Origin: Eledone cirrhosa
Taxonomy: Eukaryota
Length of the DNA stretch: 64,000 nt
Assembly (NCBI GenBank): GCA_964016885.1
Contig: OZ024740.1
Span: 174,344,001-174,408,000, forward strand
Direction: 5' to 3'
Below are positions 27,912 to 39,404 of the stretch, piece after piece. The position numbers and the translations under genes are program-made. The notes under the pieces were generated by a model that was given only the letters and a program-made list of their open reading frames with translations, was not told the DNA's origin and did no database searches. How positions within the stretch are numbered: the stretch's first letter is position 1; each line of letters starts with the position of its first letter.

Positions 27912-27913
<2 letters not shown>
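27692..27913 (-). mobile_element. tRNA-derived SINE, family 1
   Basis: Reverse complement has tagctgagtggttag, gagttcgattcc and tgtccttgagcaagacactt. Confidence 0.75.
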
Positions 27914-27951
<38 letters not shown>

Positions 27952-27953
27952 TA

Positions 27954-28057
<104 letters not shown>

Positions 28058-28767
28058 CCTTTGGGAGTGCGTGTGTAATCATTTGGACAAAGTATTCGAT
28101 ACTTCAGACTGCAAAATCCATTTGAATTTCAGTTGTTACAAGCTCTTCACCGTGTCAAATGTATATTTGTGTTGTGTGCTATAATGAAATTATTATGTAA
28201 ATCTCTCTGTTTCTGTAACGTCAACCAGCGAGACCACCAAGCTTGTCTAAATATAAAATGAAAATACAATTCTATCACGTGTTAGAAATATGGCGCTGTT
28301 ATATTTGCGAAACACAGGAATTTGCTTGTTATGGGAGAAATACAATAAGAGTTGTTTCGACATCCTATTACCATAAATTCAGTATTTGTTTCTATAGTTT
28401 ATTTTAAATAAAATATTGTCTTTTGCATCAAAAATACTATAGAATTTTAAAGGATTGCTTCAAAATAGAACAGAAACGTTTGCATTGTTGAATAATAATG
28501 CATAAATAATGCCTCGTTTCCACCCACTAATTCTATCTATGTATACATATGCGCAGGGGCGCTCACACACGCACATATTCACATATTCACGCCACACAAA
28601 CACACACACACACACACATATAGACATACACTCTCACGCACACATATATCTGTATATAGATAGATAGATAGATAGATAGATAGATTTAGACGCATAAATA
28701 AATGTGAAATATATAATCAGTTCTTGAACAAAAGTACAAGCTACTCCTATAATGTACACACAATTTT

Positions 28768-28853
<86 letters not shown>

Positions 28854-28854
28854 A

Positions 28855-31665
28855 AAAATCAAAAGATGGTTAAAAGAGTTCCATGTAATTTATTATGCTC
28901 ATTTCAAAAACAAATATCGCCATGGGGTGATATTTGCGTTCTCATCAGATAAAATAATGAGACATGATATGAAGCTTAAAAAACACTTGCGAGCAGTGAA
29001 GTGTCAAATCAACATATGAAAAATAAAATTAGAGGGATATATGAGATTGGACGAAAGGAAAGGAAGGGGGAAAGAAAAGGTAAGGAAGAGGAAGAAAAAA
29101 TATACATAGAAGAAAAAAATATAACAATAAGGAAAGGATGACGGAGGAGGAGTATAAGAAGGAAGGATAAGAGAAGAGGAGAAAATGAGTGAGAGAGAGA
29201 GATAACCTTTAATACTGAGAAACACTGTCTCACAGAGAAAAATTTAAAAAACCGTTGTAAGATAATACATAATTTTAAAAAAATTAAGAAATTAAAAGTT
29301 AATGAGATTTATGAATGGTGATGTTTATGATTAAAGAAAAGGGAATTAAGAATACTATTTAATTAAGGTTTATATATTGAAAGGTTTAATAAGATGTGCG
29401 AAAAGGAATTTATTAAAATGTATTATTAAAATAAAATATATTAAGTAGATAAGGTGAATGAAGATAAGGTTAAATGAATTATGAACTTAGAGGAATGAAT
29501 TAGGGTCCAAGTTTGTTCCTATATATTGTAATAGGAAAAAGTAAATAATAGAGTTAATACGAGCATGGAAGGAGAGAAGAAAGAAAAAATTCAAGGAAGA
29601 AAAAATATATAAAGTCAAAAAAATATGTTTACAAAATTTCTCTAATATTAGTAGTATATATTAAAAATAGAAATTTGTATGGCCGAGAATATAAGGAAAA
29701 TGCTATAGTTAGTTATAAGATGAATTAAGAAGTAATTGAGAAGTAAAAGTTGCAGATTAAAGATTAGAAATTAAAAAAAGAAGAAAATTAGGGGACCGCT
29801 AACGACATAGTATGAGTAATATTGTATAATATACTGAAATAAGGTAGAAAGATGGGTATATTTGTAAAAAATATTAAAGTTTTGAGAAAAAGATTTTAAG
29901 CTAATTAGGTAGTAAGATATTAGCTGTATCCTTTATGGAAAGTTCTATGGGATTTATGCAAGCAGAGCGAAAATAAATCCGTACGTCTATTTATTATATA
30001 ATTAAAATTAGAGATAATGGTAAATTTCTCCGCTAGGCAGAGATTACATGTTCTAGATAGGGAAGAATTAAGGTAAGGAGAGGCGTTGCAAACCTTTTTC
30101 AAAGAAATGTTGTAGTTAATATGTTTGTCCTTTAAGGACCATATGAGTTCTGAGAGTGCTGTGTTAGTTCTTAAAAGAAGAATTGCGATTATAAAATCTT
30201 GCCTTAAAGGAAGTGGAAGTGGAACCAAAGTAGGTAAAAGAGTTAGTACCTTACATTCATACACTAAATTTTTATCAAGACATTGGTTACTAAGAGGACA
30301 TTTAGTTCTAATAGGGCAATTGCAATTACGATTAGAGTAATTACCAGAGTTATTAGCAAGTGACCCAGTATTATTTATAGAAGGAATTGAAGTTACGTAC
30401 GATAGGTGTTAAAGTTTCCTGAATTAGATTGGTATTATGAACATTCGACAAAGTTACGTTTGACGTCGTATTTAAATTTACGGAATCTAGCCTAGAGTTA
30501 ACATTGGCGTCGGGCTTACTATTGTTATTATTATGACGCTCAGTGTTGGATGGATATGATTTATTATGTAATATTTTAGTATTATGTTTTGAGATAATGT
30601 TAGAGATGTTGGAAGTGGTGGAATAAGAGATTTTAATTGTATGCTTATTAAAGATCTTACTATAAATATGTGAATGAGGGAAGCAGTTATCTAAGGCCCT
30701 AAAAAATAGTTTAGGAAAATAATAGATAGAGAAAAAGGAGCGTTGTACCAAATCATATTTTTATATCTAGGTCTTTTCTTTATGCTATTGGAATGCTTAT
30801 AACTAACTATATTACAATAAGTTCCTCCATGATTGGTTTCTTTATTGTATTTAATTTTGTCAGGATAACCGTCTCTGGAAAGCGCATTGTTGTAATAGTT
30901 GGCTTTAGCGTCAAAGATAAGTTTATTAGAAAATAGATTTGAGATTCTTTTTTCAACATTACTGACTATAGCATTTTTAACGCCAATAGGGTGGTTAGAT
31001 TTAAAATTAACATAATTTAGATTCTCATTGTCTTTATGGTAAGGGTAATATAGGCCGGTGTCAAGATTAAGGGATATATCCAGGAAGTTTGCTAGTTTGA
31101 CGTTGTTTTCAAATTCAATTTTTAGGTTATGGTGCTTAAATAGATCAAGTATATTATTCTTAATAATATTAAGGTTAACTAAGTTACAGTTTAAGACAGT
31201 AAAAAGGGCATCGTCACGTAAAATTCCACCGCGAAGTTGAGGAATTTTCCGATTTAAAGAATTCAAAACAAAGATTCCAATCAAGTCCGTCAATTGCGCT
31301 GAATCCGACGAACCCATTGTGATATCAAAATTGTTGGAAGTATCAGCTCTAGTCCAATATTCGTTGTTGAATTCCAGGATAGTTTTTCTTGCGGTGAAAA
31401 TGATGTACAGTTCATCTGTGGTGATATCAGAATATTTAAATGCAAAAGAGAGAGCTTTGTTGAGGAGTAAAGGCGAAATAGAAGAATAGTAACTGGCAAT
31501 GTCAAACTGAATAAATTTTTGTTTGTGTTTATTATTCAGGTCATTGAACCAGTCAATTACATCAGATGTACCAATCCATAAATTTAAGTTAGAAATAGAG
31601 CAATTAGAACGAAACTGTGGGATAATTCTATCCAAGATGGATTTACTAACAACCCCCAGGCAGTT
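28855..31665 (-). mobile_element. 5'-truncated Nematis-like Penelope element with 3' pLTR
   Basis: RT ORF 30691-31635 (FIQFDIASYYSSI, TMGSSDSAQ, LRDDAL, FLDISL, SNHP, WYNAPF), EN 29920-30340 (CNC..CPL, CNLCLAEK) and an HHR in the pLTR. Confidence 0.9.
28890..28952 (-). ncRNA. Type I hammerhead motif
   Basis: Reverse complement: ttat CTGATGA gaac gcaaatatcacc-ccat-ggcgatatttgt tttt GAAA tgagca TA ataa. Confidence 0.75.
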
Positions 31666-31757
31666 CAGTATATTATTTATACTCCAGTCCTATAAACTGT
31701 TAAGTGATACTTATCCGATATTTGCATTGCTTTATTGTGATACAATAAAACTCACCT

Positions 31758-31826
<69 letters not shown>

Positions 31827-31829
<3 letters not shown>

Positions 31830-32720
31830 GGAAGTTTAGTAAAATCGAAGCTTCGGCTGTAGCCAAGCCAACGAGATACAATGAGTAATTGTGCAGCCAA
31901 GCACTCAATGAGGAATCTCAGAATAATAACATTCGTTAGATGGCATGACAAATTGAAAATTGTGGCAGGTAAGCCCAGCCACGCCACCGAAGCAATGAGA
32001 AAACCAACAGGTTAATAAAACGAACTGGGACCATCCCGGAGGTAGTTCGTCGTTTCTCCGATAGGTTTCTATGAATCCAAAATCAGCAATCCTACTTGTG
32101 CAAGTATGCAAGTTTTTGGTGTTCGAAGACCGAACTGGGGATTCATGTTATCAACAGGTTTCAGTTCTGCGCTGTGACCCGGTGTGGTATGAAGTAGTAA
32201 GCCACTGTTGTTAACGGTGGCTAATGCCTCAACTATCACGTGCTTTTTCCAAACAAGGGAAATAACCCCGGGTTTTTGGCGGGCAAATTCAAAATGTGGA
32301 CAAGGGAATTGTGTTCCCTGCACAAACTGAATAAGAAGCACTCGACGAGGCGTTATTAAACAAACATAAATAATTAATCAATCCATAGAATTGTGTAATT
32401 AAATTAATTCATTCATTATTAGGCCTAGGAGATAATACAAATGAAAGCTTAGTAAAATCGAAGCTTCGGCTGTAGCCAAGCCAACGAGATACAATGAGTA
32501 ATTGTGCAGCCAAGCACTCAATGAGGAATCTAGGAGTAATAACATCCGTTAGACGGCATGACAAATTGAAAACTGTGGCAGGTAAGCCCAGCTACGACAC
32601 CGAAGCAACGAGCTTTGGTGTCCGGAAGAATTTCAGTGTATGCGTATCTGCTACCCTTTTATTGCGGGATAATATACTGACCATCAATCCCAGAGTGAGA
32701 AAGTTACCTACCGCTATGGT
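31827..32720. repeat. Non-coding unit with a ~170-bp direct repeat (period ~613 bp) next to (TA)n
   Basis: 31827-31995 matches 32440-32607. Confidence 0.7.
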
Positions 32721-33709
32721 TAGTATAACTTATCATAGAAAATATTCCAGGTTTCACGACCCTAAAATCCAGAAAATTCTAAATTTCAGACATTAAAAGT
32801 TAGAAGTCCAGAAAACTAAACAACAGTCAATATGCTAAGAATAATATCTAACTGGCTAAAGTATATATTGGGTTCAGAACTGGATATTAATTTGTTATGA
32901 CTCCCCACTGAAAAAAAAACTGGCTTCTTATTGAGAATGACAGGCAAAATTTAAAGTGTCGAACGTAACGAATGTAAAACTTAGATAATCTTATAGTTGG
33001 TATCCCGGTCAAGTCCGGTAGAGACAAATAATACATTGATAAAGAAGACTTAAGGAAAAATATAAGAAAAGGTACAAAGAAGTAAGAATAAACAGGAATT
33101 ATACAGAAAATAAAGGAAAAAAGTATATGAAGGAAAAAAGGAATTATAAAGAGAACAAAGGAAAAGAAAATGAAGGCAAAAAAGGGAAAAATGTGATAAA
33201 TGTCTGAGTGGGGGCGAGTTATAGAGAGTCAGTTATATTCACAGTACTTCGGGTGTTTCGGTCAGTGCAGTGGCAGCCGGGTGAATTTCACAGGCTGTCC
33301 GTGGCTATATGAGGCAGGATGGAACCCGACAGGAGATCTCCCTTCCAGGCTTTCATACGAGGTAAATGTGTTGCATGGAAAATAAGAGGTAGTTGTTGCT
33401 TTTGGTTCTCTCATTAATCCGTTCGAAAGTTGTTCCAAAGCAAATTTCCGTCAACCATTAGGGGTATCCAACAGTTAGGATATTTCCGGGTGTAGTTGGC
33501 CTTACTTCATCAGATTGGATTGTATCAAAAAGGCGCTCAACATGGGGAGCTAAATACATTCGGTATATAAGGATGCAATTCACTTCTAGCACTCGACGTC
33601 ATATTACTTAAGAACAAGGATGACGGAGTATATTTATAAAGAGGAAAATGCGAAGTTGTAGATGTTAGAGACTTGTATTAATTAAGATGTTATACACATT
33701 TTGTTATAC

Positions 33710-33749
<40 letters not shown>

Positions 33750-34245
33750 AAGAGAGGTAGGCGTAAAAGCCAAACTCGCTATCTTCAATTCGTTTTTCGT
33801 GATAACCTTTACCTATCGTCATGAATCTTGGTAATGACCGAAAGGATATGATCGCGAATACAAGCGGCTGAAATGGGATTCCTCCGAAGGATCTTTGGAG
33901 TAGCGTTACTCGATAGAGTGTGTAGCATGGAGATCACAGTCACTCCAAGTAGAGCCGCTACTTCTCCGAATTGAGAGAGCATAGCTCCGATACTATGGGC
34001 ATGTGGTTAGAATGTCTCAAGAAAGAATCTCTGGACAGATTTTACGGGTACAACCAGCCGAAAAGCGACCCAAGGGTAGACCCCGAGCAATATGGTTGGA
34101 TATCATCTATGAGCTTGGCTTGTCACGTTTGGGGATACAGCCGGATCAGTTGGAGACGGTTGCTTCTGACAGGACCCGCTGGAAGGAGTTGTTTGAGGGC
34201 TCTCTCAGACGGCTCTCTCAGGAATATGTGGGCGAAGAAGAAGAT
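33750..34245 (+). mobile_element. RTE-clade LINE 3' fragment
   Basis: GHVVRM..ER......P..KRP.GRPR..W.D, ASDRTRW and a (GAA)n tail. Confidence 0.8.
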
Positions 34246-34271
34246 ATATTACATTTCTTTAACATTATATA

Positions 34272-34460
34272 TTGTGGATTGGCAGTATTGGTAGAGGGAC
34301 AGACGCCATGCTTTGACGTATAGAGTTACGGCCCTTGCCATTCTGAGTTCAAATCCCGCCGAGTTTAACTTTGCCTTTCATCCTTACGGGGTCGATAAAG
34401 TAAAGTACCAGTAATGCACTGGGTAATTGCTGGCCTTGTGCCTAACGTAGAAACAATTAT
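34272..34460 (+). mobile_element. tRNA-derived SINE, family 2
   Basis: tggcagtattgg, gagttcaaatcc and gcctttcatccttacggggtcgataaa. Confidence 0.8.
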
Positions 34461-34677
34461 ATATTAAACAGAGCATTAATCAGCTGAAGTATGCTATACG
34501 TAAATCTATACGTTTGTACAGAATCAGTACATAATCCAACCAGAGCCGTGAGATATGTAATTACATACATTTATATATGTAAACATGTAAACATGTTATT
34601 TACTCCTTTCTCCATGGACTGAAAATGACGAACAGCTTGACCTAAGTTTGGCTTCGGTTTGGTATCATCTCAGAAGC

Positions 34678-35245
34678 CATATAAAGCCTTTAGTTAGGTA
34701 CTCCTGCTGTGACACATTTTCCGCCTCCAACTTAGTCGCTTCGGCCACAAACCCTGGCATCGCAGCCCGCCTCGCAGAAGAACGTAAAATAAACAAATAC
34801 CGGGGTTTGTCCAAGCCGCTTCCTCTTCGCACCGGTCGCCGTCGAGACCTCAGGCGTACTTAGACCCCGTACTGCCGAGCTTCTCCGCAAGATAGCAGCA
34901 TGAGCGGCCCATCTGAAGAGGGAGCCCCATACGGTTGGGTGGCTGTTGCAGCGGGTGTCACTGGCCATCGTCCGGGGGAATGCTATTGCCATCTTGTCAG
35001 CGGGGCGCAGCACTTCTGCCCTCTTGCCCTCGACCCAAAGCCCAATCTCCCCCCCCCCCCCCCCCCATTCACAGCCCCTCTCTCTTCTGCGACACCAGAG
35101 CTCTTGCTACCCTCACCCCTTCCCGTTCTTTTTCTTTATTCTTACTCTCTCTCTTTTTCAATATTTCTCTATTCTTTCGTTCCTTTTGTTCTCCCCTTTT
35201 TTATTTATTCTTGTTAACCTTGTGATTTTCACGAATGAATAAAAG
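34678..35245 (+). mobile_element. CRE-like LINE 3' fragment (RLE C-terminus, 3' UTR)
   Basis: CDTF.ASNL....G.AARLAEERKINKY.GL, PVAVETSG, LQRVSLAIVRGNA and AATAAA. Confidence 0.7.
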
Positions 35246-35972
35246 ATTTTAACATAGTTTTAAATCAAATATTTGACGACGAAATAAATAATCTCTGTGA
35301 ATTGGGAGAAATGTAGATAGCTTCTGAAAATTGTTGAAACAAGCACCGAATTAAGGTCAAATTGAGTTTAATCTACGCAAAAATATCTAATTGAGACATG
35401 TTTATATATTTACATGTTTACATATATAAAGGTGTGCGTTTATGTACACATTTCTTGAAGCTTCGGTTAAATCCTGTACTGTCTCTACACTGATACTGAT
35501 TTTTTTTTTACATTGTTAACGAATATCAGTTTTTAATGTTCGTGATCTCCAGAATATATGACCTATAAAAACATAGAAACTATGTTCTTTAATTACATAA
35601 CTGTTTAATTTGTTTTAGCTATCATAGCTAAATCAAATTTAATAGTTAAATAATAAACATTAAGATACCAAAGCACAAGGTCTATAAATGGCAATTCCAC
35701 TCCAAAAATAACAAGATCGATCTTTCGGCTGGGTTTCTACATTATTTCCGTCGACTCAATTTCACTTATATTGTTTTGGGTTCACCCAAAGATACGCTAC
35801 AAGATCCTTGTTCAAGCTATCTCACAATGGGATCGAACCTGATACAACTGAATTGCGAAGCGAATTTCTTCATCATACAAGTATTCCCGCACCAATATAA
35901 TTTGGTTTAAACAAACAGCACCATATCTGTCAAATCCTGCCCTTCTGCGTAGGGAGAAATGGAAATAATATA

Positions 35973-36158
35973 TAATTGTTTCTACTTTTGGCACAAGGCC
36001 AGCAATTTACCAGTACATTACTGGTACTTTATTTTATCGACCCCGTAAGGATGAAAGGCAAAGTTAACCTCGGCGGGATTTGAACTCAGACTGTAAAGGG
36101 ACGTAACTATGCTAGAAAGCATGGCGTCCAACCCTCTACCAATACTGCTAATTCACCA
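35973..36158 (-). mobile_element. tRNA-derived SINE, family 2
   Basis: Close homologue of 8798-8988. Confidence 0.8.
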
Positions 36159-36919
36159 TAATGACAAATATATATATAAAGACATTTTTTAAAATTAATA
36201 TGTAACTTTTTATTGTTTTTGTTAACTAAGTTCCAATAACGACACTTTGTTTCTAAGAAGACATTCCCTTCTTTATTGGAAGGTTTAAACAAAACTTATC
36301 AAAAAGGAGTTATAGGAAAACATTTTAAAAAGTTTCATAAGAGGATTTATTTTCTCTAAAATTACATCCTTTCATACAATTTGTCTTCAATTGTATTCCA
36401 GAAATATCGACAAATATCAGGAGAGCTTAATTTTATTCTTGTAAGAGAAACTAACTGCCATTTTCGTTTTGATAATATCAATAATTCTTTTAAACAGCGT
36501 CTTCTTTAATCGATGTAATTGTTCGTGCCTTTTTTATTCTTTTATTTTATACATAGGGGAATGAGGAGTGGGAAAACTCTACACCATTGGCTGAGCGTTT
36601 ATCTTGGATATCTCAGATGCACTCCGCAGAAAATTCAGCGGTAACAGCTCGTCAGCCATTCCTCCTCAGGGATATTTTCTCAGACATGATAATGTCATCC
36701 TTTATTCTATCAAATTCTATTACATACTTTACAAATTAGCCCAGTGTTTTTCAAATTGCTCTAGATCTGCTGTGTTTCTTGCTCGTATCAAACCACCTAA
36801 TTTTCCATCAATTTATCTTCAGCTCGGTAGTTTCTGATTCAGCTGTTTAATGCTGTGGGTGATGACGGCTCGCTGTGGCACCGTGGCGGGGGTTGGGGGA
36901 GACCCTAGTTCAATCAGGA

Positions 36920-37210
36920 GGAGAAGGATATCATCCAACTAAAGAAGGGGTCTTACAGGCTCCACTTAGAAATAATTCTTCCTTCTTGAACTTGCAGTAT
37001 AAGCAAGCGCGAAAAGTCGCAGCAAAGACAGACTTTGTGGTAAAAATGGAATCCGACTAGATCAGCAAATAAAGTATTCTGGCAGATCATCCAACAATTT
37101 CGTAATAAGAATTTGCCATCTACGTCTGCTACCAGCAATTCGTCTGGGGTTCTTTTTCCTTTAAACGGGTGCATCCTCGTGAAGTGAAAAAAATGTTGAT
37201 CACCTGAATC
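36920..37210 (+). mobile_element. Degenerate RTE-like LINE linker fragment
   Basis: Translates in pieces to LKKGSYR, YKQARKVAAK and ANKVFWQII, resembling the APE-RT linker of RTE/Expander elements. Confidence 0.45.
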
Positions 37211-37513
37211 CCGTCACAACATTTGAAATACATGAGGGGCATCTAGGAGTGAAACTAAGGTTCACTTTGAGGCTGGCTGTGCTATTTCATGTCGACAAGG
37301 CTTTGAGGGAACAACACGAATAACCCGCCGGTGGCATATCATTCAATAGAAGCTGCATGAGTAATCTCATTTTGTTAATGTTATTTCATTCACGTAAATG
37401 TTGTTCACGTAATAGCTGTCAGATAAAGTCGTAACTTTTACATAACAGTTGCCATCGAAATTGTGTAAAAGACAAATGAGGTTAATTCTAACCTACTGAC
37501 TTCTACTTCACTG

Positions 37514-37603
<90 letters not shown>

Positions 37604-37605
37604 GT

Positions 37606-37866
37606 ATTTATTAAAATAACAGATTAAAGTTTAAGCAAGCAAAGAATCGCTGCTTTCACCCTTCGTTTTTTGAAATATCCAGTTCTGCGTTCACAGATTG
37701 ACTTTGTTAGTTTCAGAAGATCCCGTTAAGGGTGAAAGCAGCGATTCTTTGCTTAAACTTTAATCTGTTATTTTAATAAATATTTGCTCTAAGGTTCTTA
37801 TATATTTGATATATATTTATCCTTATCGAGCCCTCTTTGGATTTTAGTCTTCAAATTTATTATTAT

Positions 37867-37870
<4 letters not shown>
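37606..37870. repeat. Fold-back repeat (family C) in (TA)n
   Basis: 37606-37663 is the reverse complement of 37728-37783. Homologous to 23595-23790. Confidence 0.7.
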
Positions 37871-37924
<54 letters not shown>

Positions 37925-37978
37925 GTATATATATATATACATATACATATATATATACATATATACATATATATATAT

Positions 37979-38061
<83 letters not shown>

Positions 38062-38067
<6 letters not shown>

Positions 38068-39000
38068 TAACGAATTAATATCTAGCAACATATATATACA
38101 TACAGATGCATATCAATGCTAGCAAATATATAGGTTTTGTCTTAGTAACTTTGTGGTTCAATGCATGGGGTTGCAGAACAATAATATGAGAGACGTAAAA
38201 TAAGAAAATTAGAAAATTAACTTACTTACTAAAATATCACTTCCAACTAATTAGTTTCTGAAATGGAATAAATATATTTTCCGAAGAAAACATAGAGAAT
38301 CCTTTCGTCGCCAGGGAAGACTATTCTCATCTAAGTATCCAGGCAAAGCGGGGACTCTGGAAACTTATTCAAAAATAATTCTAAAAATATATTTATTCCA
38401 TTTCAGAAACTAATTAGTTGGAAGTGATATTTTAGTAAGTAAGTTAATTTTATAATTTTCTTATTTTACGTCTCTCATATTATTGTTCTGCAACCCCATG
38501 CATTGAACCACAAAGTTACTAAGACAAAACCTATATATTTGCTAGCATTGATATGCATCTGTATGTATATATATGTTACTAGATATTAATTCTTTATAAT
38601 TATCTCCAAATTATTTGTCGAGCAATATTGGCCACGACTGCTGCTATGGTAGCAGGCAGGCTGCTGTCTTATTAGCAAACCACTTTCCACTGATTGACCT
38701 CGATGTCACGTGATTGATTCTTTTTGAATTTGCCACCGACGCAGAGGCAGTGATTTTCTCAATGGCTAGGAATTCAGTCCACGCTTTGCTATTTTCTATC
38801 CACTGAATTATTTTTGAATAAGTTTCCAGAGTCCCCGCTTTGCCTGGATACTTAGATGAGAAAAGTCTTCCCTGACGACGAAATGATTCTCTATGTTTTC
38901 TTCTGAAAATATATTTATTCCATTTCAGAAACTAATTAGTTGGAAGTGATATTTTAGTAAGTAAGTTAATTTTATAATTTTCTTATTTTACGTCTCTCAT
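38062..39000 (+). mobile_element. Non-coding inverted-plus-partial-tandem unit (mini-PLE-like, period ~522 bp)
   Basis: 38062-38381 is inverted relative to 38384-38598 and 38804-39000; 38384-38480 is repeated at 38906-39000. Degenerate HHR-like GATGA..gtc..gac GAAA near 38855-38895. Confidence 0.7.
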
Positions 39001-39020
39001 ATATATATATATATATATAT

Positions 39021-39404
39021 ATGAATGTATATATAGTGTATTTTGCAATACACTGTATGCTTAATTAAAGGCATTTCGAAGACCTTACGCTATTGTTTTA
39101 GAGTAATGACAATCTCAATTACTTTAAATTTTCAGCAAACAGGGGAGATAAATCTGACAGAGCTCTGTTTCGTACTTTTTGGTACTTATCAAAGCTAAGT
39201 ACTCCACCTGTTTGCTGAAAATCATGAATGTTTGATTCTTATAGAATTTCTAGTAATAATCAGGAACTGATTATACAGGGCGGTTGCCGGTCAAGCAGAA
39301 ATTGAAAATTAGAATTGGTGCTCTGAAATAGCGATATATATATGAATGTCTATATAGTGTATTTTGCAATACACTGTATGCTTAATTAAAAGCATTTCGA
39401 AGAC
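39021..39404 (-). mobile_element. Retrozyme-like family A, 1.2 monomers (period 321 nt)
   Basis: 39021-39083 is repeated at 39342-39404. Homologous to 6178-6509. Confidence 0.8.
39152..39196 (-). ncRNA. Hammerhead motif, U3:A8 core variant
   Basis: Reverse complement: agct TTGATAA gtac-caaaaa-gtac GAAA cagagctctg TC agat. Confidence 0.7.
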
